Shown piece by piece: positions 12,231-23,984 of a DNA stretch of 64,000 nucleotides (position 1 is its first letter; each line of letters starts with the position of its first letter). Source of the stretch: Macrostomum lignano (taxonomy: Eukaryota); assembly GCA_002269645.1 (NCBI GenBank), contig NIVC01001332.1:62001-126000 (forward strand). Reading direction: 5' to 3'. The notes under the pieces are model-generated. The model was not told where the DNA came from. It saw only the letters and a list, made by a program, of their open reading frames with translations, and searched no databases. The position numbers and the translations under genes are program-made.

Positions 12231-15200
12231 AGGATGTGAACTTAAGCGCAATTTGGAAGCCGTGAGTCCAGCAACCAAAACGCTGCGAAATTCTCACTAT
12301 TCAGACCCAAAATAGACAAGAAAAGCGTAATTGATCTTTCTTCCACCCCGGCCACTTCCGCGCATAGGACAAATGGGGAAAAATGGGGATTTCATGTGAA
12401 CTTAAGGCTCTGAAATGGAAGAGTGGCCGATTGAGCCGGTTTCTCTATCGGATCTCTCTACTGGACCGACAATGAGAGAAGAATCGTCGAAAACCGCATC
12501 TCTCTATCATTTGGGCTCCCTGAATGGGATAAATGGGGAAAAATGGGGATTTCCTGTGAACTTAAGGCTCTGAAATGGAAGCGGTGGCCGATTGAGCCGG
12601 TTTCTCTATCGGATCTCTCTACTGGACCGACAATGAGAATCTGACCGATGAAGCAGGCTGGCAAAGCTGCCTTGAGTCTTTATGTTGAAGAATGTTTTAA
12701 TGATTTCTGTAACTATATTTAACGTTAAAATATCTTTTTAGTATCTGTATTAGACTTTTTTGAACAGGTTTAATGAAATATTAAAATGCACGATTTTAGT
12801 ACTGTATGAATACAGTGCATTTGCAAATAATGGGAACCAAAAGTGCATGAGCAAATATTAACAAGCAAAAGTACATATAACAGAGCAAGCAAAAGTTCAT
12901 AGGTAGGTATAAGTCTTTCGAATGTTGGAGTGCATCGCAAGGAAAAACTAAAACTTGTCTAGCTCGGGTCTACGATCTGGTGAAAGCACGATCAGTCTTT
13001 CTTTTGCACAACTACAGCAGCGATATTTTGTGCATCCCGGAGAAAGGGATTGCAGTTGGGCACAATTCTGGAATCGCCAATCAACCACCATACATTGTCA
13101 TGCCAAACACTGGTAGTGTAGTGCCCGCGATGGAGAGATCTGCCATAGTGGCATATCACTATCACAGGACTGCCGAAGTCGGAATTACTCTCAGATCTTG
13201 GTGAGTACCGTATTTGGGTGTTGATTTTTTCGGCGTTATAGTTTCTGGAGTTCTGCTGAAGTAAATAATTGCAAACTTGGCCGCTGATAGAATAATCTGC
13301 TCTTCAATCAAGCCTTCGCATCCTAATTGGCCGCACTGCGAAATGCGTGGTCGCAGTCGCTCTTCCAAAAGGTCGTAAAGGCTAATCGGAGCCCTGCTGC
13401 ACTCTGAGAGAGGAACGCAAAGAATTTGTTCACTGATTGTTCCTGTTGGAATCGAGGCTGCGCTGTAGCCACAACGTCGACAATTACGGAGCGCAGTAAC
13501 ATCTGCAAGGGCGCAATTAGCAACCGAGAGAGTCGAAAGCAGGGCTTCCAAGAACTCCAGAAAGCAGTGCTGCTCACCAGCAGCAAAACTGCCGGGCAAG
13601 ATGCGCTTGATAATTCCTTGTACTCCTGCGGCGGAAGTATTTTTTAGAGCTAGCATTTGATGAAAAAGTAGCTCTACAGATCTTTGCAAGTCGCTAGCTA
13701 TGTCCCGTCTCATTAATGGACCCTTCTGCTCCATCCAGTAAAGAAGCTGAATGGCAGAATTGGCATAGCAGTCTGCTCCGCTATTTCTTAGTCCACAGAG
13801 AGGCTGCGGCTCTGAACTTCTTGATGATGTTTGTTTGGCATCCTTTGCTCCTGAACGATGCTCTTGACGAGGCTCTGTTCTAACATTTTCCTCAGCAGGT
13901 AGAGATGTGTAAAGATTAGCGTTGAGGCTTTTAGGAAGCTGTGTATCAACGAAGCGGCGCTCAGGATATCGTTGGCGAAAGGAATCTGGGTCGTAGGCAT
14001 AATGACCTAGGACCAAAAGAACTGTCATTACATGGCAGTCACAGCCAGCTGTTCGGCTACCCACTTTGGACGAGGAGTAGTAGGCATGTAGCCTCCTTAG
14101 ACCGGCATCGTGGAATCCAAAAGGGTTTCCATTTGGTAAATCGCTGAGGCGAAGAAGTACTCGATATGTTCGAGATGTGTGCCTCGAAAACACAACGGAT
14201 ATAAATATCCACGACGGTTGCCAGTTGCCGAATTCTTTTTTCCAGTTCCTTGCCTGCTGTTCTTGCCGGAATTTCCAGCAGCGCATCGATTGAGGCAGCT
14301 GCGATGCAAGGTCTTCAAGCTCTAACAACGTATCACCGTTGAAATTCTCAAGCGTGTGTTGCACCTGGATGTTTTGGATATAGCTTTCAGACTGCTGTAC
14401 ATGAAATGGTCCCACACTTACTTCCTGAAGGTGTTCTATCTCAATTCGAGGAAAGCCTGTGGACTCAGGATCTAGCACATCGACTGGTGACCAGCGCCTC
14501 GACCCTTCGATAGGAGTTCGGGTCACGTCACACAGGTAGTTCACACCTTCAATCGGATCGAATTCGTTGCTGAGAAATATGCGCCTGGTAAAATTCTGAC
14601 CAAACTAAAAAAGTGAGCTGTCATTCCATGACTTTGGTAGCGTTTTATTCAGTGGGAATCCAATGTGCGAGCGGTTGTATTTGGCAATGCAGTTGTCGAT
14701 AATGACATCTAGCCGACTAGATGTACTGAATTCAGCTGGCTGCTGCCACTGGTATGGCTCATGCCGCTCATTATTACACCTGTTCTGCTTGATTGCGGCG
14801 AACGCGCACTCAACAGAAAAGCGGGAAAGCGTAGCCAGCCTACTGGTATTTGACTCAATAGCAGTCAGTTTTCCGTGAACGGGACGATCCTCAGCCGAGA
14901 CTGGATTCTTTGAGCCATAAGTTCACATGAAATCCCCATTTTTCCCCATTTATCCCATTCAGGGAGACCAAATGATAGAGAGATGCAGTTTTCGACGATT
15001 CTTCTCTCATTGTCGGTCCAGTAGAGAGATCCGATAGAGAAACCGGCTCAATCGGCCACCGCTTCCATTTCAGAGCCTTAAGTTCACATGAAATCCCCAT
15101 TTTTCCCCATTTATCCCATTCAGGGAGCCCAAATGATAGAGAGATGCGGTTTTCGACGATTCTTCTCTCATTGTCGGTCCAGTAGAGAGATCCGATAGAG

Positions 15201-15413
15201 AAACCGGCTCAATCGGCCACCGCTTCCATTTCAGAGCCTTAAGTTCACATGAAATCCCCATTTTTCCCCATTTGTCCTATGCGCGGAAGCGGCCGGGGTG
15301 GAAGAAAGATCAATTACGCTTTTCTTGTCTATTTTGGGTCTGAATAGTGAGAATTTCGCAGCGGTTTGGTTGCTGGACTCACGGCTTCCAAATCGCGCTT
15401 AAGTTCACATCCT
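12231..15413 (-). mobile_element. Non-autonomous DNA transposon with ~400-500 bp terminal inverted repeats
   Basis: 12231-12638 (aggatgtgaacttaagcgc...) is the reverse complement of the right end (...gcgcttaagttcacatcct, ending 15413). Both arms contain a tandem 160-161 bp unit. No TSD identified. Confidence 0.85.
12992..14900 (-). pseudogene. Truncated DDE_Tnp_4 (PIF/Harbinger/ISL2EU-like) transposase C-terminus, SWIM-like motif and USP (peptidase C19) domain, in one disrupted frame
   Basis: Hand translation gives GKLTAIESNTSRLATLSRFSVECAFAAIKQ (~14875-14785), an in-frame TAG at 14607-14605, SKVGSRTAGCDCHV, Cys box GLRNSGADCYANSAIQLL and, after a 1-nt frameshift at the T6 run 13225-13230, His box VICHYGRSLHRGHYTTSVWHDNVWWLIGDS. 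Confidence 0.75.
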
Positions 15414-16588
15414 CTTTAGACCCTTTAATACAGTGTATGCCAATGACACTCCGCCATGTTGGACAACATGCACCTTTAATTTTAGAGATGGTTATGGCAA
15501 AGAAATTTTGAAAGCACAAAAGCATTTAGGCTTTCGCTAAAGTTCTTTAATTTTCAATCGCACTTTGTAGCTTTAAACGCTTATAAAGTTACGGCTCATA
15601 GGTAAAATTAGATAAACAAACGGAACTATAAGGATAAATTATTTTTGATAAAGTAGCGAGTTTCCTACAATTAAATAGTTTACTATTCACATTATAAGTA
15701 TTAAAAAGTAATAAATGTCTGTTTATTGTAAAGAGAACTTCCATGGAAAATTAACACCCGCATTTTAAATTAGTTACGTCTTACAAGGTACTACGGTCTA
15801 CGTTTCATTGTCCAGTGACTTCACTAAAAAAGTTTTTACCTTCACTAAACTGCTTATTTTCATTACTCTATTTGATTTTTAGGAAGCTTACAGAACCATC
15901 ACGAAAAAAACCTGTTTTAAAGAGTATAAACCCCTTGTATCGGTTTGTTTTGATTTTTAAGCTTTTCATACAGCATACTGGTATATGTTTTCAGTTAGAT
16001 ATTGTAAATTCTTGTTTCGTTAAGATTTTTTCTTTGTAAGGCTCTTTAAATTAAAAAAATTTAATTAAAGTTTCTCTAATTTATAAACTTTACATCTAGA
16101 AATTTTATGCTTAAAACTTAAATGCTTTTTAATTGCAAATCCGTGGTTGAGATTAAAAAGCACTATGGAAATTAGCTTTAGGTCAATTCAGGCCAATATG
16201 CTTTAATATGTCTATACAACAAAACTTTAAATCATATTAATAGACACCATACAAAAGATGTATTTAAGATGTAATTGTTTGCCTTTGTTTATTACAAACT
16301 TTTTTTGTTTATAAGGATTAGCCGGAAAGCAAGGTTTAATTTGCATTGCAGAATAAATGTTTTCTACAAGGGATAATATTAGCGCTTATATAATAATGTC
16401 GCAATTGACATGTGTCAGAATAGCTAAATAATCATTTTTTACCATAACTCTTAGTGGCTTCTCAAGTACCACTTTCATTAAAAAACTTTTGCTGTCAAAT
16501 ATTTCATATCCTTCAAACCCTTAACTTTATGAGAGTCTACCAGGAAATTTACTAAAGTCTTCTAAAACTTTAAAGCTAGAGGTAGCTG

Positions 16589-19500
16589 ATGGCTACTGGA
16601 GGTGCACGGGCACCTTCAGATGCCGATCTGAATGAATGGTATGGCAGAGTGTTCTCGGAGTCAAAATGGATTGAATTTTTAATGCTGCTAGACGTGTCTG
16701 CAAGCTCGCAACTTTATAATCGGAGTGACACCGTGAGGAGGCTGCTGGATTCAGCCGACTTTGGGGTCAAAGATTTTTGCTGCATTAAAATTGTCAAGGC
16801 TGCCTCATCGAAAAGAGAGTGGGAACTTGTTGAAACAACAATTGCAAAAGCTGAAGCATTTTCTGCCCAAGACGAATGTCGCAAAATTGCAATTAGACGG
16901 CTACTAGATCAATCACCAACTGACAGTGAGTGGGATTATATCAAGAAGTATTTAGTGGCAAAAACAGAAACAGGAATCAAGGATAGCTGCTATTTTGAAG
17001 CCATGAAAAAAGCCGCTGAAAATAGACGACCAGAACTGATCCTAGAGCTTATGGATATTGTAGATTCTAGCGATAACATTGAAGAATGCTTTCAAACTGC
17101 TCTAACAAGTGCAAAAAGTGCTGAGGATTCGAAGAAATTCGTTGCTCAGTTGTTGGACAAAGTAAAGTATCAAGAAAGCAACATAGTTCTCCGATGCTAT
17201 ACAAGGGCCATCAAGTTTGCCTTCACGTTGGATTCTGGCATGAGAAATGCTAAAAGCGATCGCAAATCAAAAAGTGAAAACCATTGGAGCTGGATCTTGC
17301 AACTCATTTGCTGCGCTATTAAGCATCGTGACCTACCTGCCGCTAAAGGCTATGATTTGCTCAAAATTTTTTTGAAAGAAGCCATTCGAAAGTTAAGCTG
17401 GTCTGAGGTTTGCCAAACCTTAGAAATAATATTTCATTACAATATTGAACATCATGAATTGCCCTTTACAATCAAGAATGGCTGGCTCAAGATTGTTTTG
17501 AATGGAGCAATTCGCAATTCGAATTGGTCTGTGATTTGTCAAATCTTGGAAATCATATTTCGGTTCGTTGAGCGTCAAAAACTGCCTGTTGCTACCAAGA
17601 AAGACTGGCTCAATTTTATTTTGACAGAAGCTATTCGACATTCAAATTGGTCTGTGGTTTGTCAAATTCTCTCGATTCTCGGCACAACAGACAACTTTGA
17701 TCCGCTCCAAAAAGTGCAAACACTGAATGAAAATAAAAACATTTCTGAACTCCTTGAGAAACTGAAAACTATAGACAAGATCGAATGGGCGATAAGTGTC
17801 ACACTGATTCATTATTTCGCTCAAGAGAAACAGAACATCGCCCTAACTGACGAGATTGTGCTAATTTTAACTGAAGAGGTTTTACACCTTGACAGGTCAT
17901 TAGACCGTGTGGTTAAGGAACGCATGGGCCCGTTTAATATAATAAAAATTTTAGACAAATCTCGTCATATTAATGACTTTTTACGGCGGGTTTCCTCCTG
18001 CACCAAAAGTAGGGGTGACCTGAAAAACCACCTACTTTTGCAATATCTGCGGCCTGAGTCTGAACCCATTTGCAGTGTCGATATAGTACCTAGACCCTGT
18101 GACCACAGCAGACTCAGTTCTGGGTTTGCTGTGGTAGGAATTCAGTCATTTAATCGACATCAGGAGAAGTGCACCAGCACTACTTGCCATTGCGGAAGCA
18201 AGGATAGATGCATTCCCAAGCTAATCGAATCGGCAGCTTCCAAGTATGACTGGCAGGATGTTTTGGAGATTGTCCGGCACAACAATTCCTATGCAAAGAT
18301 TGCTACAGATGCCTATCTAAAAATGTTCAATAAGAATAATCAAAATGATGTCAAAGAATATCTAGAAATGATAAAGCTGAGTGTAGTGCATATTGAGTCA
18401 GAAAATGATTGGGAGTACATTATCAAAATTCTAAGATTGATAGATACTCCTACTAGTAAATGTCAAGGATTTGTCACTGCTGTGAATGCGGCTTTCCAGC
18501 ATCGCAAAAGCGAGCTTGCATTAAAATTAGTAGATGCGGCACAAGTTGAAAACATAGAAGTGTGTCCGATCTTTAAGGATCAGTTACGCATTGAGAGATA
18601 TTCAGCATCAAATTCTACTGAACTGAAACAACTGATTAATAAGTTGACAAATCGTATTTGTCCTCGGTGGAATTATCAACGTTTAGGATCCGCTGATATC
18701 GAGTCAGAGGGCTTTCAAGCGTCTTCAATGTGTATCTGTCACCCCACAAGAAACTCGCTTTGCGACCAGCTTTGGCCTGCCTTACCGGTAGTTAAAAATC
18801 CGAAGGATCGCAATTGGAAGCTAGTTTTGCTACTTTTGACAGAAGTTACTGATGCTGACGACCGAGATCAGAAATGTCTTCAGCTTTTGCCTAAGGCTAT
18901 TGAAAAGAACAAGGCTAGAATTGCGTGTGATATCCTAAAACTTGTTAGCAAAGAACTTACACGAAAGAGAGACCATTTCTGCTCAAAAATTTCAAACATT
19001 ATTGGAAAAGGCGAGACTGTAGCACTGCTAATAGGTCTCATTAGACTAGCTTCTACAAAGAAAGTTATTAAGCACTGTCACTTCCGAGCGTTTATTGGAG
19101 CGCTGAGAACGCGGAACTTCTCCATGATTCTATACATCGTTCGATCTAAGTTCCGACCTGACTTCACTCATCCCGATATTTTGCACTTTCTGGCCAACGA
19201 GGCTCTGCTTGGAGATTTCGAACTGATTAAACTTATTTTCGGTGAGCTGAAACGTTGTGCTCAAGAGAATTATGGCATCGACATTCAGTTCAGCAGAGAA
19301 TGCCACGATATGATTGCTGCTGTGCTGTTCAAGAGCATGTCAGAGGGTCATGTTGCCCTCGCAAGCGCCATTCTTGACTACGCGGACACTCATTACCGAA
19401 CGAAGGACAGCGAACAGCCATTTGAACTCGAAACGACTTTACTAATCGCTGCTGCACACTGCGGACATCACGAGCTAGCAGAACAAATCCTAGCGAAGCA

Positions 19501-21530
19501 CGCGTCTGTAGATGAAAAGGACAGCCAAGGTCGGACTGCGCTTTCCTGGGCAAGCATCTGGGGCCACATCAAAACGGTCAAGACGCTGATTGACAATGGG
19601 GCTAGAATTATGCATAAAGATAATGATGATGCCACGTGCATACAGTTGGCTTCATTGCATCACCAATCTGACGTCCTCAAGCTTCTTTTGCACCATGACG
19701 AGTAAGTACTTTAGCAAAAAATGTACATTAAAATAGTATTTTACCTTCCATTTTTCCTTATATCAATTTGAAAAAAAATAGCTTTATATAGAATTATAGA
19801 CTTTTTATCTGACGTAAGAGCGTTGACTAGAAATTATCGGATGAAAAGGCTGGTTGGGAAGAAACAGATTTGGAATTGAAGTCTGTGAAGTTAATGACGT
19901 CACCCCACCGTGCGTCGGTGCAGACGCTGACAACCGAGCTCTGGCGCTGAAACTGCACGTCAGGCCTCGCTTTCTGGAGATGTTCATCTTATGTTGACAA
20001 GGGCAACTAAACTAATGCTGGAGGACCCAAGGTTCTAGGGAATACATGTCAACAGGGGTGGCCGCCACCAGTCACCTTGGTAGAAGTACACCTGACGACT
20101 TCTACCAACGAGACCGGTTGTGTTCACGGATTTCCGGCCATGGAGAACAGATGAAAACTTGGGAAATGAAAGTCGGAAAGTGCATGTAAATAACTAATTC
20201 TCCCACCTCGTAATAAACAATTGTAGGAGGACCCAAGAAGACTCCGATAGAAAGTATAAGCAAATGAGTCTGAGGCTTCACAAGAGTCTATGTGACGCTG
20301 GATTCACCGAGCAGAGAGCAAAGGTACTACAGCAGATGGCAGACTGTCTCCAGCAACTGGCACGCGATCTCACGAAGGAAGATTGGCATTTAACGGGAAG
20401 CTACTCAGATGGAGTGGGCAACAGCCTAGTGCAGGTGAACGGCCGAACAGCTTCCGACTCGGACATTGATTGGACAGTCATAATTCGGCCTTCTATTAAG
20501 GACTGGGATGAGGAAGAGGAAGATGAGGAAGAGGAAGATAAGGAAGAGGAAGATGAGGAAGAGGACAGGGCCAGGAATCTTAAGAAGCTGACGTTTCATC
20601 TAATGGGACACTGCAAATGCGACGATACACCTGAGGAACTGGAACGGTCAATAGTCAGGGACGGTCATGCCGAAACCAAGAGACCTGCTGGTACGGTTTG
20701 AATTTTATTTTTAGTAGTTTTTTTCTGAATAGATGTTAGAGCACAGTTCACTCGAAATGATAAGTTAGGATAAAACAAAAACAAAAATCTTTCTTACTTC
20801 AGGCAGCCAGCCAGCCAGCGCTTCGAGCTCGTGCGGGCTCCGTCCAGCCCAGGACATCTGCCACGCCTACGCCTGCTGCAGTGGCTACGGACAAGACAGA
20901 GTTCGCGTGCTGTTGCCGAATGCCCGTGATGAGCCAGTTCACCTGGTGACAGCCACAGGACTGACTAGCAGCAACGAAATGCGGCTCAGCTTCAGCTTCA
21001 GAGAGAAGGAGATAATGAGGAGGCTGACCACAGTGCAAGGCCAGCTTTTTGTGCTCATCAAGTTCATCTTCAAGCGCCTGCTCCCAAAGACTTGGAAAAC
21101 CACTGGTTTAAAGACATATCACGCGAGAAGCGTCCTGTTCTTCATGCTGGAGCAAAAATTAAAACGACCTCAGGACTGGGAGCCGGAAAATTTGGTGGGC
21201 CTGCTGAGAGAAGCTTTGCTTTCGGTTATCACGAATAGAGAACAGCTCCCGGATGAAGCCTTTATGAAGCACTTCTTCATGCCTGATTCGTATTTGCACT
21301 ACAAGAACGCAGGAATTACCGGAGGTGCATTTGATGCAACTAATCAAGCTGTACTTCAGCGACTTTGGGATGTGTTAAATGATCCTGGTATCTTGGAAAC
21401 TGAGCTCTTTAATCTCTTGAAGCCTCTCGAGTCTACTAAATTCTATTTCCATCCTTTCACACTGCTGCCGCTGACAGTGCCGCCTGAAGAATTCGAGGGT
21501 CTTGACATTTTCGCTCGGATCTACAGCTAA
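16589..21530 (+). CDS. ANK-cGLR copy 1: alpha-solenoid + ankyrin repeats + Mab-21/cGAS-like nucleotidyltransferase (exons 16589-19701, 20227-20690, 20803-21530; 1434 aa to the premature stop)
   Basis: GTAAGT at 19702 overlaps the apparent stop; acceptor ttgtAG at 20225-20226 is in frame with ORF 20264. Donor GTACGG at 20691 and acceptor tacttcAG at 20801-20802 are in frame with ORF 20907. Canonical ANK (GRTALSWASIWGHIKTVKTLI), NTase TGSYSDG...SDIDW, QDICHAY and Mab-21 C-lobe KTYHARSVLFFMLE...KHFFMP. Confidence 0.85.
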
Positions 21531-21965
21531 GTATTCTTCTGCATTCGAGAACTTCACTCTGATGAATGGGAAAAAGAAGAAGTCCTCCAATTGGTTGAGA
21601 CTCTTCCAGATAGCTGCAAATCTGCAAAACTCTGCATCAAAGTCATGTGCTTCCTGAAGTCTGACGATATTGACGAGGCTCGAAGTCTCCTACGTGCTGA
21701 ACGAAACCATGAAGTTCTGACGAGTTTGAACCCAGAGGAAGTGGCAAATATGAAGGAACTAAAGCAGGACTGGCTTTGGAGATTCTGCTTTGTCGATTAC
21801 GGCCAGCCGGAAATGGAATTCCTTCCCGAATTATCCAGACTGCAAATTCGCACGAAGCGACCCGTAAAAGGAGCAGCTTACCTGCACATCAATTTCCGCT
21901 GTCTGTGGGCAAGTTTTAAAGCGGAGTTGCTGAAAGATCCCCATCTTTCAAGTCGCGGCCAGTAA
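21531..21965 (+). pseudogene. In-frame continuation (144 aa) of ANK-cGLR copy 1 beyond a TAA stop
   Basis: Same frame as the exon. Reads VFFCIRELHSDEWEKE...DWLWRFCF...HINFRCLW, colinear with copy 2 (IVFEILGELRSEIWDKE...DWLWRFCF...YVNFRCLW). Confidence 0.75.
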
Positions 21966-23984
21966 TCTGAGTGCCGAGTCCAGTGCTATATGTAACTTGA
22001 CTTTAGCAAATGGAGAAAACTAATTTACCAACAGAAAACACAGAGCTCGTTCATTCAAGACCGGAAACTGTGTTATTGATCCAGACTAAATTAATTTGGA
22101 CAACTGCTGGGCCCTGTCCGTCTGTTGCTAAACCAATTTTCATCATCAGATCGCTATTTGTACACATCGTAAACTCTCTGATGGTTTCTGGGAATCGGAT
22201 TATTTTATTCAGGTTTTGAAATCTGCTTAATTTTTTTTGTTTTCATGCCTGTGTTTGGTTGTGAAACTATAGCAGCTTCCATAATCAGCTTGTGATAATT
22301 TTTATCAGCTGTTTTCTTCTTCCGTGTTTTTTGTGCTAGAATACCTGGCCGTCACTATCTTCAAACTAATTAGTTTTTTTCTTTTTACTAAAGATCAATG
22401 ACGGCTTAAGTTGTTATTGAAAGCTCATATTTGATGATTTTTTCGACAGTGGCTCATGAAATCGTATTTATTTATTTCCATTTTTTAATAAATTTCTTAT
22501 TTCGAAGAATTCGCGCTAAAAATGTGCACATCCGTGATGAGTTAGGCTGGATCCTATTTGATTTTTTACATTTTTTCTAAATTCCAAACACCAACCTTGA
22601 GAGCTTCTATCTGTAGCGCAGATACTGTACTTGAAACACTGGATAGGTGACTAACTTACTCAAATTCCTGAGTATCTCACATGGCTATCTGATTTTCTTA
22701 CATCCGTTATCTTAGCCAACCAGGATACAGACTAGGATACAAAGTGATGAACAGAATCGACGATTAGCATGATAAATTTACGCATTAAGTTAGTAATCAT
22801 ATTAGAAATCGTCAAGGTTAAAGCCGGAAGCAACTACGGTCTTACAAATAATCAGTGAATTCATAATTAACTTTTCCTGTCTTACGGATTTATGAAGACA
22901 TCTTCAAAACAAACATTTGTTGGTCCATTAAAGTATTAAATTTGAAATAATCTGGCTAAGACTGGGATCAATTCAAAAATATCATTTCCATGGACATCAT
23001 TTGATCACAGAATTATTCAGAAAACATCCATGACACAATTTGAAAATTCTGAGGCTGAGTGTTTCTGGTATCTGCGATTTATCTGTGTATCTTCTTTTTC
23101 TTTCGACCTTCTATTGCTGAAGTTGCTATTGTGGTAATTATTTACTTGTGATTCTCCCTTCTATCAACATACGCTCGTAATTTGCTTGAGTTTTTTTAGC
23201 TGTGTAGATTTGTTTAGTTTAGATTTGTTTTGCTTTATCGTGTTGTACGAGCGTTTTTGCTCAATTCATGGTACTGTGATGTAGTTGACCTGGTGTAGTT
23301 CTAAAGATATTATTTCCAGCAAACAAACAGTTTGCTTTACAGAAGTTTACAGATTCGTGCTCAATGATAATTACATCAGTGTAAAAGGGCGCTCCAAGGC
23401 AGAGTTTTTTAAATCGGTGCTCAAAGCGTAACTTACGTTCAGTGCACGTGTACTTATTAGTTTAAAAAAAACTTTTTACACACTTTTTTATTACTCAAAG
23501 GTTTGCGCTGGCAAAAATCCATCAATTTTTTCTACTTTACCCAGAAAAGATTCGTACATGTCCTATTTTTGCTTCGCTACGAAAATTTCTGTCAAATTTG
23601 AATTTTTTTAAATTACACGTCTACAATCTCTACGTACACGGAATTTTCCTTCTGTTACAATATTATTTTTCTCTAATACACAAATCATAACTTACAGAAG
23701 ACTTCTTATTCAAACTACTTAGTCCTTTCTACGCATACCAGCTATATCAGATAATTACAATTGAGGGCTCTATACTACAGATGTTATTATTTGCTGATGA
23801 CCCAGAAGCTCCGCTCGGATGATCGAAGACCCAGTTACTACCGAAGTCAGACATGACGCAGACGCATGTGATCGACGACATTCTAATGAAACTTGGAGGC
23901 TGGGCAAGGCAGTGCTGATTGACGCACATGGCTGTGTACTCGTAAATCTCTACTCTTAAAAAGTAATTTAGAACCAGTTAAAAG

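Noticed and set aside
19705-20264. ANK and Mab-21 ORFs as separate genes in an operon
   Set aside because: In both copies the stop codon overlaps a perfect GTAAGT donor with an in-frame acceptor of the same phase, so a single gene is far more likely.
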